From IMG/VR virus record IMGVR_UViG_3300025816_000009, positions 1 to 64,000 of that record: a stretch of DNA of 64,000 nt. One strand, given 5' to 3'. Positions 33,094-42,800 of the stretch are shown here, in pieces; the first letter of the stretch is position 1; each line of letters starts with the position of its first letter. Made by a program: the position numbers and the translations under genes. Below the pieces are notes generated by a model, which made no database searches, was not told where the DNA came from, and saw nothing but the letters and a program-made list of their open reading frames with translations. Source of the stretch: a virus.

Positions 33094-36000
33094 ATGGCAA
33101 AGTTTACTCAAAATATAACGAAGCCATTTTCGCGCTTGAAGAATGGTTTGGTTGAACTTCAAAGATGGTGGCCGGCTTATGTCAAGAATGACGGCGTTGG
33201 CGGATTGACTGTTGACCCTGTTTTGTATCACACCAACTTCGGACATCTCACAAATGCCGATGAAGGCTCACTGAACAGCGAGAATGATACGCCGGGGGTA
33301 AGAGTCGAGGCAATCAAAGACGACGGCACAGCGGCCGCTAATAACGACGGAAGCAATACAACATTCACAATCACTATCTCCGGCGCGGGAACTTTCAGTC
33401 CCATGTGCGTAGTCAGCCAAGCCGGAATTGAAACGAAGTTTATGCTCATCGCTCCATCTCCGGACACTCAAGCAAATGCAGAATCGGTTTACGGCGAGAG
33501 CGTTTCATCTACCGATAGAGGATTCGGTGGCGGAACTACTTGGCTACTTAGTCAAGGTCCTTATCCTGTTTTCATGACAGTACAGGAGTTCGCAGAGATG
33601 CTTGATACATACAGGCATATTGGTTCAAATGACGGACATAAGAAAGCATTCCTTCCTCATGCGATGCTCGGTGGCGGTGCTTTAGGTCTAGGAGCGTCCA
33701 CAGCGCTTCCGCAGATACAGAATGACCCTAGAGTCTCATCAAGCACTAATTGGCCTGCTGACGGCTCAACAGCGTCAATAACACAATCTCTGATTCGAGC
33801 AACGGTCTTCATGCCTTTGATGTTAGACAATAATCAATTTGATAAGAGAATAACCAATGCTAGTATTGACCATTCGACACCGAGAGACTACGGAACGACG
33901 ACCAACCCCGAGTTTGTCGGTTATCTGACAGCAGATGGAACGGGAATAACAAGATATGATTCTGACCCTCAAGGTGAAGATTCGGCTACAATTAGATACA
34001 AAGATTTAGGATATTCCGGCGACCACTTACAAGGAAAAGTGGGCGGGTGGTCATACTTTGAAATAAACAAAACACACAACAGCGGTACTCCGGTAAAAGG
34101 CGGAATGTCAAATCCCGATATTACAGCAGATTCCGGTCCATCATTAGCGCCAAAATATAGAATGAGAATGGCGCTTGCCTGCTTTTTGAAAAATGGAACT
34201 TATGATATTACAGACGGAAATATAATTCCTTACATTTACGACGCTGATAGAACAATCGGCGGAAAAAATACAATGACACTTTATCAAGTTTGGAACGGTA
34301 AAGATGGAAAAGGCGAAACAGGAAATACTCCGCAACATGATTGCGACGCGCAGATTTACCCGATGTTCGATTTCGTTCAAGGTCCTGTTTCACCGGCGGC
34401 TCAAGGTTCGAACGCTCACAACAGCGCTTTGGCCGAAGCAAGGTCGTGGCCGAACTTGGTAGCACTAGACACGAATAAATCATTGACTGAAAAAATTAAT
34501 CCAAAGTTCCAAATTGTCAGACCGAATCCTCGAAGGCATAGATTGTTCGGAGTTAAATTAACGACAGCCGGTGTCATGGAACTTTTCATTGAAGGAAGTG
34601 GAGTCGCAAGTTATTTTGATTTCCAATGCCGAGAAGGAATGCCGATTTACATCACAGGAATGACAGGGGTCTTGGGAACAGGTTCTCCCAATCCGGATTT
34701 CAGACTTGATGGTTATCAAGATGATGCGGCATCCTCGACAACAATTAATGCAACTAAAACGACAGGTGGTTGGAATATGAACGGTTGGTGGATTACAGCG
34801 GGTTTTAGTGCCGGGTTCGATGAAATCAGCACGAATACATATGATGAAATATTTGGCGATGGTGATTCTACCGCGGTCAAGTTTCAAATCGTTAGAATCA
34901 AAACTTTGGTAAACATTAGACCAACGTCTGAACATTTCTATAGAATAGGTTCAGCGGCTTCTCCATCAACAGCATACGTTTGTCAAGGAAGAAAACCGGG
35001 TTATATGGACCTAGTATTGAAGTTAGGCTCAACCACTAATCCTTACGGAATTGCGCCGATGAGTGTAGGCACGTCCATGGGTTCTCCCGGAAATACACAA
35101 GTTAGATTCGGCGGCGTTGGTTCTCATGGAAGTGGATTTAGTTCTGATACCAATGTTCCCCAATCTGAAAACGATACATATCCTTGTAGGCCAACCGTGA
35201 GAAATGCTCAATACCCCGACTCAAGCGGACATTTTAACAACGATAATAATTACATTGTTAGAGCGATTAGTCCTCGCAAAGATGGAGACGACACTTTCTC
35301 AATGTCTCCGACAGTATCTTCCTTTGGTGGTGGTTCTCTAAGAGTTCCGCCGCCTGTTGGTTGGGACTTACCACAGGCTTACTTTTCTTGGCCTATATAC
35401 CAAACAGGACCGGCGGGAACTACAGTTCCGGGTAGTGAGACGGCTTCAAGAACGTCTCGTCTTTGGTTGAATGACACGACAGGCGCTTATCCGGTGAGAA
35501 ACGTAAATGTTGATTATGGTAGTTTTTCCAAATGGGGTCATCGTGGATTATCAATTGCTATGTTGTCTTACATGGATTCGACTACGGGTCGCCACGCTTG
35601 GGATTACATAAAACCCGTTTCAACTTCGGGAAGTTGGTTATACGGAAGAAACAGACCTTGGCCGGCTCACGAAAGATGCGGAACAAGATTTGGTTATGGA
35701 CCTTCATTATTAGAAACCGCCAAAGTCGTAAATACAAATGGGATTTCATACGATGGTTGGCAAGACTACAACGCAAATGGCGGCAATAGAATTGAGGCAG
35801 GCGAAGAGACTACGAAGATAGGCGTCTCTGAAATCGGTTGTTCTCCTGTATGGTTAGACATGGAGATGAGAGCATTCGTCCCGGTCAGTGAAAACAGAAT
35901 GACACTCATTGAGTTCGATAACGGTATTTCATATCCTGTACTCGGAAGACATTCTATGATTACAGGCGGAATAACAAACGACGCTCAATTCGGACTTGGG

Positions 36001-37944
36001 TTCTATCCAAAATCATCAAACGGTTCAAAACAACAATTCAACGCTTCGACTGCCCCCGAAAGTCAATTGCTTGGAGCATTACAGAACTCATCCGTGGCAA
36101 CTTCCGGCGTTGATACAAGAAGACCGACATTCACGCTTGGTCGTCCGGCTGTATATATTTGGGGAACTTCTCCATATTTCTCAAATGCTGATTGGTCGAA
36201 TACCGATACTTGGCCGTTCAGTACAAATAAACTTGGTTGGGGTGGTTTAGGAAGTGATGTTGGTTATGGAACAGGAACAGCATTAGCAGAGGGAACTCAA
36301 ACAATTAGAACTGTATTCACCGAAGGCGGAATGGAATTACTTTTGAATGGTAATAGCAAAGGTGTTGACACGAACTCGGGTCAGCACATTTGGGGAATGA
36401 CAATCAAAGCCTGCGATGTGTTGGCGGCTAACGGAAGTATCAACACACCGACGGTAATTAAGAACAGTAAGGACGAACCGATTACAAACTCAAGTCCGAA
36501 TCTAGCCGTATCTTCTAAAGATTTACAGATTGATTATTTGACGCTTAGACAAATCCCATCTCCGGCCATGCTTCCTTTTGATGTTAGTACGACAACACAG
36601 TCCGTTGCTAACGTAGCAAAATATCGAAGCCTCGACATCACGGCTGAAAACATTAGCACTAGCAGAGGTATGAGGATTCGAGTCAGTCTTTTCGAACCGC
36701 CTGCGGCGACAGGAATCCCGCAGGCAGAACCAACTACGGCAATTACAGGATTCACAGATTTAGACCCGGGATTCATAGCAGGTGTTGGAAGTGTTGACCT
36801 TTCAAACTTGCCTGCGTCAGCAATAACAAATGGTTTCGTCATCAAATATCATTTCTATATTCCTCATTCAAATGAAACTGATTTACATCCGATTAATTGG
36901 AATCAGATTCCTATCATTAGAAATTGGGAAGTTCAGTATGATTTGAAACCGACGGCAAGTTTGGACGTGATTGGAAACTCATTCAGTGGCGACCTATCGA
37001 GTCCAATAGGAACAGAAGTGGGCCACATAATCTCGTTCAGAGGAACAGGAATTACAACTGACGTTGATAGATTAATTTCTCAAATCAAGTTTGACTTCGG
37101 TGATGGTTCTCAAACAGGTTGGTTAGATTTTTCCGACCAAACTTTACAAACAACTACTTACGATGTTGCTCACGTTTATTCGAAAGCAGGTTCTTTCAAC
37201 GCGGTTGTATATTCAAAAGATGACAACGGAAATGAGTCTGTAGCAAGTTCCGCAATATCTGTAGTCGTAGCAGAAGTGAAACCTGTCGCCCTATTGAGAG
37301 CAATACCTTCCATGATAAGAGCCGGACAAGCAACAACTTTTGACGCTTCTGAAAGTTATGTTTTGTCAACTGACCAATCGAGAACAATTGCATCTTATAC
37401 ATTTGATTTCGGAGATGGCAGTTCAACTGTCTCCGGCTCAAGCCCGAATGCCGACCATACTTATGCAACCGCCGGAGAATATATGGCGACAGTCAGCGCG
37501 ACTGACAACGCATCTCCGGCCAATACATCCGTTGTCGCGAAAGTGGTTGTCAAGATATTACCTGCGACTCTTGTAATACCGTTAAATCTCAACACCAAGC
37601 CGGCTTCATTTGACCGAACAAGAAAAGCGAACTATAGTTCCACGCCTGTTCTTGATGCAGTATATCCGGAAATGAGCGACATGGGTTCGAGAAGTGATGA
37701 GTTCAAGATGACAGGTTCATTCCTCAAGGCGACAGCGAATGCCGATATTGATTTCATGGAAGAGATTCTAGTCAGTGGCTCTTTAGTCGAGTTCGAATAT
37801 GAAGATACAGATTACAGCGGAAGTGCAGTAAACAAAAAGTTCGTAGGAAGATTAACTGATTTCAACTATCAAAGAGAAGGTGGACGCCATGGCGAAACAC
37901 CGTGGTCGGCTACGCTGATGCGTGAAGCCGGACTAGGAAATTAA
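33094..37944 (+). CDS. Large tail/baseplate protein with two PKD domains
   Basis: FDFGDGS...HVYSKAG and FDFGDGS...HTYATAG; follows the tape measure gene. Confidence 0.75.
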   Translation: MAKFTQNITKPFSRLKNGLVELQRWWPAYVKNDGVGGLTVDPVLYHTNFGHLTNADEGSLNSENDTPGVRVEAIKDDGTAAANNDGSNTTFTITISGAGTFSPMCVVSQAGIETKFMLIAPSPDTQANAESVYGESVSSTDRGFGGGTTWLLSQGPYPVFMTVQEFAEMLDTYRHIGSNDGHKKAFLPHAMLGGGALGLGASTALPQIQNDPRVSSSTNWPADGSTASITQSLIRATVFMPLMLDNNQFDKRITNASIDHSTPRDYGTTTNPEFVGYLTADGTGITRYDSDPQGEDSATIRYKDLGYSGDHLQGKVGGWSYFEINKTHNSGTPVKGGMSNPDITADSGPSLAPKYRMRMALACFLKNGTYDITDGNIIPYIYDADRTIGGKNTMTLYQVWNGKDGKGETGNTPQHDCDAQIYPMFDFVQGPVSPAAQGSNAHNSALAEARSWPNLVALDTNKSLTEKINPKFQIVRPNPRRHRLFGVKLTTAGVMELFIEGSGVASYFDFQCREGMPIYITGMTGVLGTGSPNPDFRLDGYQDDAASSTTINATKTTGGWNMNGWWITAGFSAGFDEISTNTYDEIFGDGDSTAVKFQIVRIKTLVNIRPTSEHFYRIGSAASPSTAYVCQGRKPGYMDLVLKLGSTTNPYGIAPMSVGTSMGSPGNTQVRFGGVGSHGSGFSSDTNVPQSENDTYPCRPTVRNAQYPDSSGHFNNDNNYIVRAISPRKDGDDTFSMSPTVSSFGGGSLRVPPPVGWDLPQAYFSWPIYQTGPAGTTVPGSETASRTSRLWLNDTTGAYPVRNVNVDYGSFSKWGHRGLSIAMLSYMDSTTGRHAWDYIKPVSTSGSWLYGRNRPWPAHERCGTRFGYGPSLLETAKVVNTNGISYDGWQDYNANGGNRIEAGEETTKIGVSEIGCSPVWLDMEMRAFVPVSENRMTLIEFDNGISYPVLGRHSMITGGITNDAQFGLGFYPKSSNGSKQQFNASTAPESQLLGALQNSSVATSGVDTRRPTFTLGRPAVYIWGTSPYFSNADWSNTDTWPFSTNKLGWGGLGSDVGYGTGTALAEGTQTIRTVFTEGGMELLLNGNSKGVDTNSGQHIWGMTIKACDVLAANGSINTPTVIKNSKDEPITNSSPNLAVSSKDLQIDYLTLRQIPSPAMLPFDVSTTTQSVANVAKYRSLDITAENISTSRGMRIRVSLFEPPAATGIPQAEPTTAITGFTDLDPGFIAGVGSVDLSNLPASAITNGFVIKYHFYIPHSNETDLHPINWNQIPIIRNWEVQYDLKPTASLDVIGNSFSGDLSSPIGTEVGHIISFRGTGITTDVDRLISQIKFDFGDGSQTGWLDFSDQTLQTTTYDVAHVYSKAGSFNAVVYSKDDNGNESVASSAISVVVAEVKPVALLRAIPSMIRAGQATTFDASESYVLSTDQSRTIASYTFDFGDGSSTVSGSSPNADHTYATAGEYMATVSATDNASPANTSVVAKVVVKILPATLVIPLNLNTKPASFDRTRKANYSSTPVLDAVYPEMSDMGSRSDEFKMTGSFLKATANADIDFMEEILVSGSLVEFEYEDTDYSGSAVNKKFVGRLTDFNYQREGGRHGETPWSATLMREAGLGN

Positions 37945-37946
37945 GT

Positions 37947-38136
37947 GTAGGTGGGAGCGACCCATAGAACTCTCGACAGGTAATCAAGGCGGGTCATCGT
38001 CCCTTTTCCTCAACACCAAGCCGCACGACGACCGCATACACTGACGCCTTCGTGGTTCTCCTACTTTGTAAAAGTCCGCGGGGGGTTAGTCGCCGTAGGG
38101 TTCGTACCTTTCGCGGTGTCCGTCGCGTCCTCTTAC
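37947..38136 (-). ncRNA. Putative structured ncRNA E
   Basis: G at TATA+30; 5' GUAAGAGGACGCGAC pairs imperfectly with 3' GUCGCUCCCACCUAC; GC-rich; no ORF. Confidence 0.55.
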
Positions 38137-38160
38137 AAACTAATGACAGAGCCTTTTGGT

Positions 38161-38196
38161 TATAAACCTTTTCATTGAGAGTTTAGTAATATTGAG
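38161..38196 (-). promoter_or_regulatory. ATTGA-repeat promoter cassette (leftward arm)
   Basis: tataaaccttttcattgagagtttagtaatattgag. Confidence 0.7.
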
Positions 38197-38404
38197 GTAA
38201 GAGAAGCGGGCAATTACAAACCTTCTTGGAATCTCTTCCTTTTCTCGGTTTCCTCATCCTGTCCCGTCTTCTCTTAGGTTGTAAGATTTCGCGTTGCTGT
38301 TGGTCCTAGCCTTTTAGTGATATTTTCCATCATTCTATTCAAGTTTTTACACTCTGTTTCTTTCACTACCCTAACTTTCACGAATCCGCGCCGCGTCCTC
38401 TTAC
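38197..38404 (-). ncRNA. Putative structured ncRNA F
   Basis: G at TATA+30; terminal stem GUAAGAGGACGCGG / CCCGCUUCUCUUAC; A/G-rich interior. Confidence 0.6.
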
Positions 38405-38428
38405 AAACTAAACGAGTCGTCTTTTGGT

Positions 38429-38480
38429 TATAAACCTTTTTATTGAGAGTTCTTTACATTGATAGTTCGAAACACTTATA
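38429..38480. promoter_or_regulatory. Bidirectional ATTGA-repeat promoter cassette
   Basis: tataaacctttttattgagagttctttacattgatagttcgaaacacttata. Confidence 0.75.
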
Positions 38481-38503
38481 AGGGGGAATGCCTAGGACAG
38501 AAC

Positions 38504-38779
38504 ATGAACTGCCAAGAGGAACAAATGACTCAAGAAATGTGGGACGCTATGCCGGAAGGTATGACCGTAAACTATGTGCGTCAAATGGAACAAATGACTC
38601 CTAGAGTAGCCCCGACTGTATCTGTAATGAACGGTTCTTCCCATCAATGGGACGCTGAAGTAGGCGCTTGGTATGCTACTCGTATAACCAACATGGACGA
38701 ATTATTGTGGGCTTACGCTGTTAGAACTGACGGTGGAGATGCTTGGGTCGCTACTGAAACAGAGAGGGTTTACGCTTGA
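38504..38779 (+). CDS. Hypothetical protein (cassette-driven)
   Basis: Leaderless ATG after ggacagaac. Confidence 0.6.
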   Translation: MNCQEEQMTQEMWDAMPEGMTVNYVRQMEQMTPRVAPTVSVMNGSSHQWDAEVGAWYATRITNMDELLWAYAVRTDGGDAWVATETERVYA

Positions 38780-38982
38780 GTCTAGCATTCGACAGCCGGC
38801 TTGACTTTTTGAAAAACGGCATCGCCGCTTGGGAAATTGGTAATCAATGGAAAGGGCCATGCGGCCATTCTATCTCTGAAATAAAAAGCGATTGCGTATA
38901 TTGTATGGCAGTGCATGAATACATGATGTATTTAGATTGGCTACCGGAATATAATTACGGTCAGACAGTGGGTGGTCAATAA
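38776..38982 (+). CDS. Hypothetical protein
   Basis: TTGA overlap; CGH...CVYC. Confidence 0.5.
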   Translation: MSLAFDSRLDFLKNGIAAWEIGNQWKGPCGHSISEIKSDCVYCMAVHEYMMYLDWLPEYNYGQTVGGQ

Positions 38983-39563
38983 TGAACATCTTCGTTCTCG
39001 ATTCTCGTCCGATGTTAGCGGCTCAATACCAATGTGATAAACACGTCCCGAAAATGATAGTCGAAAATATGCAAATGCTAACAACGGCGCTTGTTAAATC
39101 CGGTTCACTTTTACAATCTGAATTACCGTTCCGCGTTGATGGAATCACAAGATATTCCGGAAACGCATATCCTCACCATCCTTGTACGAAATGGGTTGGA
39201 AAAGACTTGACAACAAATCTTGAAAATGTCAGTGAAGTCGATGGGAAAAATTACGCTTGGTTATGGCTTAACACCAACCAATTGTTTATTGAATACAATC
39301 GAAGATTCAACAAAGTCCACGGTTGTCTCAAAGCATACAACCAACTACCAATTCCAACAGACTATTCAATTCAGTTAGCAAAATGCCAAATGCAACACAA
39401 TCACGATTTTGTCTTGGCTATGCCGGACGAATACAAAGACCCGGACGCAGTAGTGGCTTACAGGAATTATTATCACAGCAAGACTTTCGCTAAGTGGGAA
39501 AAAGACCCACGTCCAAACGGCAACACGCCTGTTTGGTGGAAGGGTCATAAAGGTGGGATTTGA
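38982..39563 (+). CDS. Pyrimidine-dimer DNA glycosylase/DenV-superfamily-like protein
   Basis: MNIFVLD...DKHVPKMIVENMQML, HPCTKW, EYNRRFNKVH, AMPDEYK, AYRNYY. Confidence 0.75.
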   Translation: MNIFVLDSRPMLAAQYQCDKHVPKMIVENMQMLTTALVKSGSLLQSELPFRVDGITRYSGNAYPHHPCTKWVGKDLTTNLENVSEVDGKNYAWLWLNTNQLFIEYNRRFNKVHGCLKAYNQLPIPTDYSIQLAKCQMQHNHDFVLAMPDEYKDPDAVVAYRNYYHSKTFAKWEKDPRPNGNTPVWWKGHKGGI

Positions 39564-39566
39564 GGA

Positions 39567-39839
39567 ATGAATATGGAACTGAAAGAATTGACAGTAAAAC
39601 AGATAATGAGATGGAGAGGCGTAGTTCATGGACCGGATGCGGTTGAAACTAGGTTTCAGATTGAATCAGAACCCGGAGCGGATTCGTTAGCGTTATTCCA
39701 ACTTGAGTTAACTGCTAACTTTGCTCATGCTCGTATGTCTGATGTATTAGTTAGAGAAATACTCACACCAATGAAAAATGATTTCAGAGGTGTTAAGTTC
39801 ATCAAAGAGGAAGATGCTCAACAATATATGATTCAGTAA
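39567..39839 (+). CDS. Hypothetical protein
   Basis: 90-aa ORF. Confidence 0.55.
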   Translation: MNMELKELTVKQIMRWRGVVHGPDAVETRFQIESEPGADSLALFQLELTANFAHARMSDVLVREILTPMKNDFRGVKFIKEEDAQQYMIQ

Positions 39840-39872
39840 GGGTGATGAACCCTAACCCACGCTGATTCATTC

Positions 39873-42800
39873 GTGCCTAAAGTCCCAACCACGAAGGTTT
39901 CTCTGATTCCGCCATTGGGTGCGGGCTTGGGATTGCCGTTTACCGTGATGTATGCGGATGAAAAAATTGACCCATCGTCAACAACGGCAGGGAGATTTAA
40001 TCGAGATTCAGACTTGTTGGCTGATTCATATCCAAGAACCGGACAGTTAGCAACTCAACCAATGCCGAATGCTCCAAAGATTCAGACTAGACAACAATCA
40101 TCCGGGGGAATAACTCCCACTTCCGGAAATACTTTCAATTTGAAACCTGTTTATGAATCAGCATATTTTAACATGGGAGCGCCAAGTTTGAATTATGGAA
40201 TGGGTCAATTAGAGTTTTGTCAATTGATGCAACACTCATCTCGGTCAATGTGGGATGCAACTAAGATTCGTTCAGAGTTCATAGTTCCGAGAAGGACGTA
40301 TTCGACCGCCGGAAGATACACATCCCATCCCCGAAGAAAGTTTGCATCAGCAAGACAAGGTAATTTTTCTTTGATGGAAGTCATGTCCGCTCCCGACGTC
40401 AACGCACTTCACACGCCATGCGACCAATTAATCGGAACAGTGGGCGGCTTGGATGGAGTCGGCGCTTGTTCAAATGCAAACTTCAATGGTGGAATGCGGG
40501 TTGCGGCTTTGACTCATTTTGCTAAATCCGATTTACCTTCGAACGGTTTTGGCTTGACTTATGGCGACGCACATAATACAATATTCGCAACATCTCTGCA
40601 TTCTCATCCAATCAAGGATGGTCAGACTACAGCAAATGCCGGCATCGCTTCCAACGGCGGCGGGACTTCCGATTGGTCGGGTCAAAACTTCTATGAAACT
40701 TGGGATGTTATGTGGACTTTGAATCAACACACAATTCCTCAAACATTGACCGCAGGGACTACGCTCTCCGCTCCCGATGCTTGTATGACTGCTGACGCTA
40801 CCAACAATACAGACGACGACCATTACTTCAAGATGAATACAATTCAAAGTGTGGCCGTTCGAGACATACCGACATATGGTGGAACAGAGAAGACCTCTCC
40901 AATAGGAGCGGCGCAGTATGGGAATCATGTAGTTGCTGATTCTTGCGGGCTTGTAGGATTTGAGGGAACTATTTCAGTGTCGGGATTCTTTTCAGTTTCA
41001 GCCGGAAAACTTGGTGGTAATAGTTTCAGTGAAGATTTATGGAATACAGAAGGCGTCGGATATGGCGGATTAAACATACAGGTTCACTCCGGTTTGACTC
41101 ATAGAAGAAATCGCTTGTACTCTCAAAGAACAAACAATGCCGCTAAAGAATATGACACGATTTTCAGATATGGTTCAGACGGAACAGCAGTTCAACCGAT
41201 GACAGATGCGATGAAAACTCGCGCAAAACGCTTTGCCGGTTCGACTATTGACGCCAATAGTTCTTCCTTCTATGCAACAAGAACTCTGTACGACAACAAG
41301 GGTTCGTTTGGTGGCGGCGGAAATCAAGATTTAGTTGGAGATATTCCAACAACAAATGCTCCGGGAATCCTTGGAGATACTGCGGACATGAATGCAACTT
41401 CGGTTTCTAACACTTACAGTTCGGCTTTCTTGAAAAACAGGATTCCAACAAAAGTAAAAATTGTTCCTCAAATTGTTGGATATGAAAATATCACAGTCGC
41501 TCCCGGAAGTTCGAAGACAACTCAACATAGTGGCGCTTCTAATATTGTATTTAGAAAACCAATTGTCGATTATCACGTTCTCGTCTCCGTAATAAAACCG
41601 ACAACAAATGTTGCGAAGTCAGCGGCGGCAAGTCCGAACAACGGACACGAAGATGTTGGAACTCCGACAAGTCGAAATAATCCCGCTCCAAGATGGCCGA
41701 CTATTGACGCCAATTACGACGGGGAGTCATGCAACATTTTCCATGCGGTTTTCAGAATAAATCCGGAAAACTTGGAACAGGTTTACATCAATACTAGCCA
41801 AGGGGCGGCTCACGATTTGAATATGAATGAGAAAATATGCGCTCATTCTGTTATGCCTAGACATAATTACGGCACTAACGCTCTCGCCGGAAAAACTTCG
41901 CAGGGTTGGGGTCTTCATCAAATGACACCATTTCGACCAATCTCAAATCACGCTTGGGCAAAGATTCCTAGACTATCCGGAACAATTGAGCCGGGTGGGT
42001 TTTATCAGAGAGGTGGAATATCTCATTTATGGGATGCTGATGGATATGGTGGCGAACTTTTCGTCTCCGCTGACATGACTCACGCTTCTGATTTCAACTC
42101 ACAAGTTTGGGGCAACGGACAGATGTGGCCGGATGGAGATAACAACGCAGGTAATCCGCCCGGTTCTGAACTTATGATATTCAAATACAGTAGCAGGGGC
42201 GACCCATTTTACACCAAGGGGGCTACTACAATGGCCGATAATCCACTAAGGGCGGCGATGGTAGCCAAGACCAATACAGACTACATAACAGGGTTCTATG
42301 CGGCTTCTATGGATGGCGGTTTTACTATCACTGACACTGCAACAAAAACTTGGAAGGGGTGGTCAATTCATGATTGGGTATTCCCTCAAAAAGAATTGAT
42401 GAGATATTTGGGAAGAGAAGACAAAGGACTTCTTTCTAATCACCCAAGTTTGCACTGCTCGTCTCTTAGCATTCAAGAAGATGGCCGAATGTTAATGGCC
42501 GCCATTCAGAGAGATGTGATTGTCAGTGCTGACGAATATCCTTACGAAGATGTAGGATTTCCATTGAATCCGAGTATAAGTGCGACAGAATGTCCGTCGG
42601 GTTTCTATTACGATGCGGCTTCTAAAACCTGTAAATCAATTATGAATCCGACTTACGATTCTAGCGGAAGTGTTTGGCCGGGAACAGGAGATGAAATAGC
42701 CGGCTTGGAAGCACCTAGACCTGTTATTGCGGCTGACGGAACTAAATCAACAAACACTCCACCCGGAAATAATTTTTCAAGATGGCCGACTTGGACTACT

